Assembly (NCBI GenBank): GCA_951406725.2
Contig: OX597815.1
Span: 138,446,001-138,510,000 of the forward strand
DNA: 64,000 nt
Direction of reading: 5' to 3'
From: Octopus vulgaris
Lineage: Eukaryota
Part shown: in pieces, positions 53,589-64,000 of the stretch
Layout of the letters: every line of letters starts with the position of its first letter
How positions within the stretch are numbered: the first letter of the stretch is position 1
Notes under the pieces: model-generated
Told to the model about the DNA's origin: nothing
The model's input: only the letters and a program-made list of their open reading frames with translations
Databases searched by the model: none
Made by a program: the position numbers and the translations under genes

Positions 53589-54750
53589 GTGTTTGTGTGT
53601 ATGTGTTTGTCTATGCATGTCATATATTTGTAAATGCGGCTAGTTTAACGTTTGAAATAAAATATTCTTAAAGTTTCGAATGTTAATCTTCCAGGAGAAG
53701 TATAAGAAAAGCATTGAGACGTTAAATAGTGGAATGCAGTTCTATGAGGGAGTGAAGCAGAGGGGATGTGGCTGATCTTTATGTGCTTGACTCTATAGGA
53801 AGAAACGGTGTGTGTCTTTGTGGTGTGCGTATATATGTAATAGTGTGTAATTGTGGGAATATGTGATGTTAATGGATCATATGAGTTACTGGTGTGTGTG
53901 GGAAAGATCTAGATGTAAAAGCGGGCATGAGTGTGAGTTAAAAGGGAACGAAGTGATTCTGATTGAAGTGTTTGCAATTGTAAGGATGTGAGACATTGTT
54001 ACATGGAAGGAAGATATGAAGCAGAGGAAAGAAAGTGAGAGGAATGGAGCGAATTCAGGGAGAGAATATTGAGAGAAAAATTAATTACAATGCAAATCAC
54101 TAATTAAAAGAGAGAGAGAGAGAGAGTTAGAGGGAGAGAGAGGGACAGAGTAGCATGGAGAAAGGAAGAAAAAATACAAGTTGTTTTAGGGAAGAAATGT
54201 TATTCAAAAGTACACAAAATAGACAGTATTGGTAACAAATCCGGAGATATTTGAAGGAGTTTCAGAAGTATGGTTAAGAACTAGTAAAAGAAATTGGTCA
54301 AGAAAAAATAAAACTTATGTAATAGATGTATGCTTAATACTTGGTATGAGAAGCGTTTTTCACGTAAATTAGAAAGAAAGAAATGTGTTTTATTAAATTG
54401 TGAGACTTGCAGACAATCTGGGGAGTTCAAGAATGGTGAAAAAGTATAAAATACACAGGGAGGAGAGTCGGATAAACTCTTGCGATGAGTGGTGAGTAGG
54501 AGAACAGGATGAGGAAGAATTAGGTAGAATCACACAATGTAAAAGAAAATAGCGAGGAATGAATAAAAACCGTCTTTAGACCGAGGAGGAGAGGAGATAT
54601 AGGAGATAAGCATTTCACGTAGCTTAGTCTAAATTTGTGTCAACCGTTTCATGTATATGTATATATGATAATGAAGCTAAAGGTGACCTCTGTAGTCTCC
54701 TCGAAGAAAGACAGATATTCGAAACGTTATTAACCTCTATTTTCTCTCTT

Positions 54751-54798
<48 letters not shown>

Positions 54799-55540
54799 CG
54801 AAGAAAGATAAATGTTCGAAATGTTAGATTCTGGCTTCTCAAAGCAAACCAACTCATCGTAATGCTAAAAGGAATTAACTATCATAAAAAGTCTCCATCA
54901 CAAAGCAACAACAACAAAGAAAGTTTTAGACTATAAACATGGTTGCCTGTCAAAATTCATGATTCGCGTTTTACGCTGGTCTGTATTTAGTGTAAAAATA
55001 CTCACTGATTTTTTCAAGCCGTGTGAATAATTTAATAATTATATTCATAAAATACTGTGGTATTTGTGCAATAATGGTATGGTAGTGGTTTATACCTGGA
55101 AAAGAAATACCAAAATATTTTTTCTGCTGAAACAAAATCTAAGATTTTTGAAAGATATGGAATGTTATAAAGAACTCAACTGGAAGTGATAATTTTGCAT
55201 TATAATGGACTTGTCCGATAAATATAACTCGAATATTGGAGGATGTTAAATATGTTCCTTTAAATATTGAAAATATTGCATCATTAAATTAGTATTCTAT
55301 GAACAACAATTTTCGTTCCAGTAAACATAGATTAATAATGTCAAGAATTATAAAATTGAAGCGTAGCGTCTATATGTCTAAATACTGTTTTCTCGATGCT
55401 AGAAATATATTTCCTTTGCCGTAAATTGATAAGTTGTCTAAATGAATATATTCTTTTTATAGGAATACTGACAAAAGTTTATAACACAATTATAGTCATG
55501 TGCTCAATATTTCATTACATTATTCTTCTCAAGAAAGGAA

Positions 55541-55581
<41 letters not shown>

Positions 55582-56728
55582 TATATAACGAATTTATAAC
55601 GAAAAAAATATCATATTATTGTACCGAAATTAAAACGCAAATTTGAAGTATATTGGAATTAAAATGTCGGTATATATCTATACAACGGAAATGAGAAAAT
55701 TTTCGATTGTCTAGTGCTGAATTCGATAACGTATACATCTAAACTGACTGTCCATTTACAAAAATCGTTATTGAATTTCACATATATAAAACATTCTGGC
55801 TGAAACAAGAGTTATATCAGTGTAAATACCAGAATGTATTAAATGAAAAAGGTGATGGAGCCTATTAAATAAGGCAGGCTTTTTATATTGCTTTAAAAGA
55901 CAAAATTAAAGCATATTTTATGTCCTGATTCCAATGCAATTTTATATTAAATTCCTGAAAATATCATCTGTAGACAAATATTTATAAACAGATTTTTGAG
56001 TTCAATATATCTGGAAAATAACCTGAGCTTATTCGAATGTTATGTAATGCAATATCAATATCAGAAAATACATATTAAACATCTGTGTCTCTACATTTCT
56101 GTGCTTATGGGCATAAATTTGGTTGTATGAACTGGAGCTAGACGTATGCACAGCTGACTAGGAGCTGCAGTATTTCAAAATGGTCATAAATTGCTTCGAT
56201 TTCTGGTTAAGGGGCTTGTAAAAAATTCTTTAAGCATATTATACCCTTGTGCGTTTAATGTCTGCGTTCATGCCTTCCAAGAGTTATGGAAGTAGACGTG
56301 GAGAATTAATATTACTCATATGCATACTAAGACCAAGTACTTTGTTTTCAGAAGCTGTCACTTAAAACGAAGATGTCAAATTTAGTGTCTCTTCTGATGA
56401 TAAAGAAATTAAATTTGTTTTAGAAGTATCCAATAACTATGCAGAACCTACCATGTAGACAATATTAATGTAGTTGGTATTCTACTTGTTGATCTGTTGG
56501 TGGCTGTCTGATCACAGCTAGGAACAAAATTCTAAATTATTTTAATTCTATAGAGATATAACTGGACGAAATGGTTAGCTGAAGTTCCGGGAATTAACAA
56601 GCTGATAGGTGGCGGAAGGAAATAAGAATGGTAATTATTGATTGAGAGCTTATTCAGCTAGCTAACTGGAGCAAATGTTATTGTACTAGTGATAGAAAAG
56701 GCAGATACATAGACAGAACAATAGACAA

Positions 56729-56769
<41 letters not shown>

Positions 56770-59199
56770 AGGAATCATCATGTATGTGCGTTGAAGGTGA
56801 TTTAATATTTAGCAATTCTTTTGGGTGGGGTCTGACATGCTGGCATGTGTAACAGTAGCACGTTGTGGCAAAACTAGATCGTAAAGTAAAATAGTTTGGG
56901 AGTTACTTCATTGGATATATGCTTTGAGGATTTGAAGTAAAGTGAACAAATGGTAAAAATTTCCAGCAAGGTGCTTCCAGCAGAGCAAGTTTGATTGATA
57001 AGAGATAGAGACGAGCTCATCAAAGTTAGTAAAGATCGTTTTGGTGGTGGAATAGCTTGAACACTTTTTCAGATCATACATTGTCTATTAAATTTCGAAA
57101 TAAACCGGAGGCCATTCCGATTTGCATTTACTATTTCAAAGATAAAAGGACCGCAGTTCTGGAAAAAATAGTTGGTTTCGTTTCACAGAAATCTTCCTCA
57201 AGATTGCTTTTCTATATTCTGTTAAGGTATATCCACACGTGTTTTTATGCTATAAAAATATAGACTCTTACATTTACTCTGTTCTCTGTGCTATGTTTAT
57301 TACACAACATCGGTGAAAGCTCTGCCGCTTTAACTTGGGAGTTCTTGTTCCATTATAGCAAAAATAAAATATTCATCGTGAGGGAGTAACGTGAAGAAAG
57401 TAGTTATTAGCTGGTATTTATGTATAAAGTTGTTTGTTTTGTTTTTAGCCATATGGTTGCGGCCAAATATAAGGAATCTCTAGCAAAAATTCCTTATTGG
57501 AAAATGTCTGGAAATGCAATCCTACATGACACGTTTTTGCTCTCTTTTCCTCGCTCATGTTATAATTCCTCTATTTTATTATGTTTCTTTTTTTGTTCCG
57601 TTTTGCTGACACTTTCCCCGCTTCATATTTTAATATTTCCTTTTATCAAATTCTCTTTCAATTATTCACTTTCTAACGTATTGTAGAAGAACTAGAATGA
57701 AGTTAGAACGACTAGTTTGTTTCTCGTTTATATTTCTACATCATCCCATTAGGTTTTCATTTTCTTTCGTGTACCACACTCGATGTCTTAATTTTCAAAG
57801 TTGTATAAACTATTTAAATATTTACAAATACATATAATTCAGCCTTACTTATACAAATATTTAGGTTTCACAAACCTCCATCGGATAATACGAATCATTT
57901 GATATATATTACATATCGCTGTTTTCTGTTTTTCACTTATGAGTAATAAGGTGTAATATACCTTCAAGAAAACACTGTTATAAACTTAAGAAACAAATAT
58001 CGTTGCTCGCATAAAAAGTAAATATTGTCGGAAAATTTTAAATGTATTTTAAGATTAACTCCAATTTGAGACTAAAATATTTCATACTCATTCATCTTGA
58101 GAATAAACATCTTGTTTATAAAATATTCATGGGAAGGATAAAAAGTTAATAATAGGGGCTTGATTATTTGATATCAATAAAATAATGCAAAGTTCTATAA
58201 ATATTCATGAGGTTCGAAAATTATCTTCACATTCAGCGGATATAATGATCTGAAGATTTTAATGAATATCAATAATGGTATCAAAACTTTAAACTTCACA
58301 TAAAACAAGGGGCATTTCTCTGTTGTCTGTTTCAAAGACATTTTCTTAAAGCTGTTTTGACACTACTATGTAAACAGAACAAACACTACCAATATTATCA
58401 ATTCCATCGTCACCATACATTTCCTTCGCTTCAAAGCCCTCACTTACAAATTCTTCTTATTTCTTCGCCAACAAAATCACCACCACTATTACTATAGCAG
58501 ATATTTTTAGTGCATAACAGCTAAATATTTACACAAATCATTTAAACATGATTCTGTCCAAATGTTGAAATTTATGTCAAATTTAATGTTTTAGCTAACT
58601 TGCTTACAAAATGCGTCTGTAGCTCCGATCTGGCTTCTACTTATTCTACGTGTTTTCAATTAACTATCCCTTGTTGTGCTTATGACACAGTAGATTAACT
58701 GATCTATAGTGATCTAAATAATATCTGGTTGAGCAAGTACATTGATAAAATCGGGGTACACTTCAAACTTTGAGAACTTGTATCATATTTAGGTAGTCAC
58801 ACTTAGCTTTCTGTAAAAAAACTGGCAGCAATTGACTTAACTACAAGAGGATATGCTAGATGTTCTTCACATATTCATAAAAATACATTGGAAAAAATTG
58901 GTTTATAGAAAATAATCAGCTTCGTACGAAAGCTGTAGCAAAACAAAAACGAAACATATCATCTGGTTTAACTAGACATTTGTTAACCTAATTTTCAGTA
59001 CAGATCAACCAATCGCACGTGACGCAAATTGTTTAATAAAGTAATATTAAAACCAGTAACACCTCTACAAAAGTGTCGACAAGTCAACGATTGCTAAATA
59101 TCCCACCCCAACGAAACAAAAGTATATCGTTAGTGTATTGCATCGCGAGGAAAAGAAAGAAGGCGCTTCGAGAATATTTACGTAGAGGAAGAACCTGAA

Positions 59200-60480
59200 A
59201 CCGAAACCAAAAGACTGTGCCAACTACCCCCAAACCAACTCAGACAAAGCAGATATACCTTTACTCTTGATGTTGTCTCGATATACACAACTGTACTAGC
59301 ACACTCGATGGTCAACCTATTGAATAATTGCATACTAGCGCTCGACATCCACTGCTTTGGACTCACCGCTGCTGATATACATCAACTATTGTCCATCATC
59401 GTGGACAAAACCTACTTTTCTTTCCATGATCACACATACAAGCTGAAAACGGGTCTCATGAGATACAGTCTGTCGGGCCTACTGGCCATCACCTATATGA
59501 ACCATCTGGAAAGTCGAGCACTCAACATCTGCCACTCATGCACCTTCTTCACCAGGTATGCAGATGACATCTTCATACGCACATCCTCTGGTGAAGAGCC
59601 CGACAGAATATTCACAACGTTCAACGGCATGGGCATGAATATACGGTTCACTATAGAACATCCCGACAACACTGGATCCCTATCTCTACTCGAGTTCCAA
59701 TTGAAAATAACGGGTGAGAGATCCACACCGAGTTCTTCGGGAGAGCAACCAGTAGACATATCTTTGTTCACTAAAATTCAGGCCTTCCACACGGTGCCAA
59801 AATATAGGATGCGTTAGAAATGAACTTACGCATCCAGATCCGTGGCACAGATTTACGCCAACGAATAAATGTTGTATATCAAGTCCAATGTAACAAATGC
59901 AACAAATTGTATGTGGGTAGCACAACAAGACCATTACACATTCGCATCAAAGGACATCTTAACACGCGAGACTCTTCCTTCAGAAAACGTCTAAACAGCT
60001 GCCGGAACACCCACAAAACATAACAGTCACAATTGAGTCTCACGAAAGAAATTTAAGAAATTTAAGAATTAAGGAGGTTATCCTCGTAGATAGACTAGGG
60101 CCCCAAATTAACAACAGGTTGGAAATTAACAATCACTATATTATTTAATAACATTGACACCCTGCATGCACGATGATAACATGCTCGTGTAACAAAACAT
60201 AACATAAAAAAATGCACGTATAATAATAACATGGAAGCAGCGCTGCGGATATGCCAACACACATGAGCTCGAGACATGACCACACTCATCGCACTTCTCA
60301 TGAGGAATTCCGAAAGGAGCTTCGTGAGCCCACTGTAGGGACGCTTCCGACAAATTTCAGTAACCATTGTAAAACCGACTATAAGAGTGACTTCATTAAT
60401 TCCTAGCAATATCTGAAGAAGGAACTTTCATATTCTGAAATATTATATTAGACTATGAATAATTAAGTTAGTTATAATAG
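59200..60480 (+). mobile_element. decayed Penelope-like element: RT, GIY-YIG and a 3' region with a hammerhead
   Basis: FTLDVVSIYTTV, TYFSF..HTYK...GLM..SLSGLLA..YM, RYADDIF, IRFTIE...SLSLL, then NVVYQVQCNKCNKLYVGSTTRPLHIRIKGH. The segment between RT and the endonuclease looks internally deleted. Confidence 0.9.
60408..60449 (+). ncRNA. minimal type I hammerhead ribozyme at the PLE 3' end
   Basis: AATAT-CTGAAGA-AGGA-actttcata-TTCT-GAAAT-ATT-ATATT. Confidence 0.6.
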
Positions 60481-60664
60481 TTATTACAGTCTACGCTGCA
60501 TTGTTGTGTCATTCCAGACACGTTACATTTCAGAAGGTAAAACAGTTTATGAGATCTTCAGGAGATTATGTAATAAGTGGGGAGTGAGCGTTGGTCATGC
60601 GTGTTTTATACCACAGAGGATATTTGATAGGAGCATGAAAGAGTGAGTTGAAGAGTAGGGTGAC

Positions 60665-60698
<34 letters not shown>

Positions 60699-61001
60699 CG
60701 AGAGAGAGAGAGGAATAGGTAGAGAATGGGATAGAAAGAGAGATCAAGTGAGGTACAGAAAATAAGAAAGGATGGTGTGAATAAATAGCAGGTGGGGAGA
60801 GTAGGTGATGATGAAAACAGGATACGAACAAAGATAATTGCAATATGTACCAGAATCTTTGGTTACCAAAATATTTGGTAGCTGTTTAGAAGAGTGTTGT
60901 ACTGTGAATCTGAAGTGGTGCGGACGTATCTGAGGATAGCCAATTCAATTAACGATGTATGTCGGAAAAACCGTCAGCTGGTGGAAGATATTTCTTTGGC
61001 T

Positions 61002-61070
61002 CGGCGAGCTGGCAGAATCATTATAGCACACCAGACAAAATCCTTAGCGGCATTTCGCCATTTCGTCTCT
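61002..61070 (+). mobile_element. SINE family C head fragment
   Basis: ggcgagctggcagaatcattatagcacaccagacaaaatccttagcggcatttcg; related to 16381-16211. Confidence 0.55.
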
Positions 61071-61084
61071 CTTGTATATATGTA

Positions 61085-61340
61085 GAGTTGCATGATGTCC
61101 AAACCTGAAATCATCCTTAAGACTATCCCTTCCTCTCCTAAATTCAGCTGCCCAATTTTGCACTGTTGATATAGTTGCAGCGTCATCCACTTATGTGACA
61201 AGCATGTCAGCATGAATGTCTTTGGGCACTAGACTCTTTTACGTACTTGATAACACACCGCTGCTAAATTTTGTCCATTGTGGTTACTAATTACTTTTGA
61301 TATCTTCTTTGAATTGTCAGCTATCAGTTTACCAGGAGAG
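61085..61340 (-). mobile_element. mariner transposase N-terminal (HTH) fragment
   Basis: From the ATG at 61278 (-): MDKI*QRCVIKY../PKDIHADMLVT*VDDAATISTVQNWAAEFRRGRDSLKDDFRFG. Confidence 0.85.
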
Positions 61341-61859
61341 AAACAAAAAAAGTTAGATTTCCTTCCTTCATTATCAGCCTATGAGCTTTTCAGCCAATCT
61401 TCGAATATAGCTGTAGAAGAATACATGTATATATGCATGTGTACTTACATATACGTATACATATACGTATATACATACATACATACATACATACATGCAT
61501 ACATAAATACATACATATATATATATATATATATACATAATATACATACATATAAACAAATATGTATATATACATACATACATACGTATATATAATGCAT
61601 ACATATATATATACATACATAATAAATAATGTTAGGGTAATATGAATTATAGAAATTTTTATTACCAGTGGCCTAGCACAAAAAATAGTCAATAGACTAT
61701 ATATTATTCACATAAAAACATCGTGTACATTAGAACACATTAAGAGGCTTCCAAATAGGAAAGCCTGGTGCTAGAAAGAGTAGTAGAAACCTCAAACCAA
61801 TAATTATGGATAAATTCTCGAAAGGATTGAAAATTAAAAACGTTTGCCATCTAATTTAG

Positions 61860-61933
61860 TTCCTAGACCATGGTTTCTAACTCATTCCAATAAAAAAAAA
61901 GATATTCACTGAGGCTAGTTTCGTCAGTAGGAA
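61860..61933 (-). ncRNA. type I hammerhead ribozyme
   Basis: The minus strand reads TTCCTA-CTGACGA-AACT...AGTT-a-GAAAC-CATG-GTC-TAGGAA. Confidence 0.75.
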
Positions 61934-62458
61934 ACCTTTAGATTTCAAATATAAACACAACTAGATTCGCCTGTAAACCAGTTGCCTATATATCCTAATT
62001 TTTCAAAACAACCGCGTCGATGCAGTTTATTTCCGGAGACAAAAGCTAGAAACCATGTTCTAGGAGCTAAATTAGATGGTAAACGTTTTTAATTTTCAAT
62101 CCTTTCGAGAAGTTATCCATAATTAGTGGTTTGAGTTTTCTACTGCTCTTTCTAGCACAAGGCTTTCCTATTTGGAAGCCTCTTAATGTGTTCTAATGTA
62201 CACGATATTTTTATGTGAACAATATATAGTCTATTGACTATTTTTTTTGTGCTAGGCCACTGGTAATAATAATTTCTATAATTCTTATTATCCTAATATC
62301 ATTTATTATGTATAAATATTTTTGATAGATTTGTTCGAAATTTTTACCGGCATCGCCGGAAATTAACTGCATCGACGCGGTTGTTTTGAAAAATTAGGAT
62401 ACATAGGCAACCAGTTTACAGGCGAATCTAGCTGTGTTTATATTTGAAATCTAAAGGC

Positions 62459-62528
62459 TTCCTACTGACGAAACTAGCCTGAGTGAATATTTTTTTACTG
62501 GAATGAGTTAGAAACCATGGTCTAGGAA
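62459..62528 (+). ncRNA. type I hammerhead ribozyme
   Basis: TTCCTA-CTGACGA(62465-62471)-AACT...AGTT-a-GAAAC(62511-62515)-CATG-GTC-TAGGAA; predicted cut after C62522. Confidence 0.78.
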
Positions 62529-62674
62529 CTAAATTAGATGGTAAACGTTTTTAATTTTCAATCCTTTCGAGAATTTATCCATAATTAGTGGTTTTAGTTT
62601 TCTACTGCTCTTTCTAGCACAAGGCTTTCCTATTTGGAAGCCTCTTAATGTGTTCTAATGTACACGATATTTTT

Positions 62675-62725
<51 letters not shown>

Positions 62726-64000
62726 ATGTATGCGTGTATGTGTGTGCGCGTGTATGTGTGTGTGTGTGTGTGTGTATGCATGTGTATGCACCATAAGGCT
62801 GCAACAGGCTGAAAATATAAATATTATTAAATGTAGACTTATCTTTATTTAAGAACACTTATTTATGAAATATATCAATGAGAATTATGCAATAACTCCT
62901 GTCATATTCTTCATTCAAGATTAGAATTTTAAAGACGCTTACGAATTCTCTTTGGAATTAGCGGTTTAATATTATCTGAAAAAAATTAATTCCAATCGAT
63001 AATTGTTCCAAAGGTTATACCTATATATATAAGTAAATATATACATGCACTTACACACTGGCGCACCCAACGCACACACACACACACACACACACACACG
63101 CGCGTGTTCACATGCATATATTTATAAAAATAATACAAGCACATACTCACACATGTACATAAATTCATATTCTGTATGTGCTGTGTTTAAAGTAAAATAA
63201 TTCGACTTAGAAAATTTTCTTCATCTTTCCCTTGACAACTGCATCAAAACATTAAAATGGAAGCAAAGCAAGAACCATTGAAGGAAACTTTATATTTGAA
63301 GTAGATGAACGATATTGATATTACTAAGTTTCACTCCAGAGGATCAGGTTGGAAAGAAAATGAGAATATTGGGCGATTACTAATTACGTAAGAACGTTTC
63401 CACCGTTGAACTGTTCTCTAATTGCTTTTGATGAACCTCTCTAACTTGTAGCAAACCATATGCTAAATATTCCCAACTGTTTTCGTTCCCTTGTGAATAA
63501 AAAATTGTCCCTAGCAATTTTTATTCACAATCGTCGTAAATGTTTCTGTATAACTTTAACTCTCACAAATAATGGAGATTGCGCAGAGATTAAAAAAACC
63601 CATACAAATGTATCAGTTTTTCTTCTCCTTTCATTAACTACAAAAGTTTTAGGCGTGGTGTTGCCTATGTCGCTATGACAATTCAAGATAATACATATTT
63701 ACAGTTATTGCGAATATAGACATTCGAAAAAAAAAAAAAAACCAAAACAGTGAAATATGTTTTAAATTGCAGCATTGTTTATATAATTGTGTTTACCTAG
63801 TAAATTAGGTAATTCATACGTGTGAAAAATGAGGTTTATTGTTTTTTCCATTCAGCTTAATGTTTTAGATTAACTGAAAAGAGGGATCCGTATGAAAATA
63901 GAGATATTCGGTGGGTTTAGGTTATGCAAATAATCTAATGAATGATAGGTAACTATTAATCGTTGTTAAGGCTGCAGCAGCATGTAGGTGTGAAACTGCT

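Larger units (their letters stand above)
61615..62679. mobile_element. ORF-less element: one inverted copy plus ~1.4 tandem copies of a 462-bp hammerhead-containing unit
   Basis: 61615-61879 is the reverse complement of 62047-62313; ~61711-62036 is the reverse complement of 62356-62679; 62047.. repeats at 62509.. Bounded by TA-rich microsatellites. Confidence 0.9.

Noticed and set aside
53700-54600. Purine-rich stretch, possibly an old LINE 3' end on the minus strand
   Set aside because: The motifs are too degraded to support a call.

Overview
AT-rich, microsatellite-saturated animal non-coding DNA. The SINE families and repeat content look like an octopus genome; this is inference, not a database match. 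No complete host gene is visible, and most ORF-track entries are microsatellite artefacts. The coding remnants all belong to mobile elements: a young Tx1/L1-type LINE 3' part in (TATC)n, a HERO-like RLE LINE, an R4/Dong LINE between (TAA)n tracts, an RTE 3' end, two decayed Penelope-like elements (PLEs), two mariner fragments and a non-autonomous Helitron-like element. Three tRNA-derived SINE families are also present. The most notable signal is about a dozen minimal hammerhead-ribozyme (HHR) motifs, most with palindromic stem III. One sits at the 3' end of a PLE. Most others lie in ORF-less elements: long fold-backs at 30.6-33.6 kb and 61.6-62.7 kb, a 462-bp tandem unit resembling a retrozyme, two HHRs with a covariant U3-A8 core (UUGANAA), and an HHR with a very long loop II that has taken a SINE insertion. 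All structures were read by eye; none was computed or tested.
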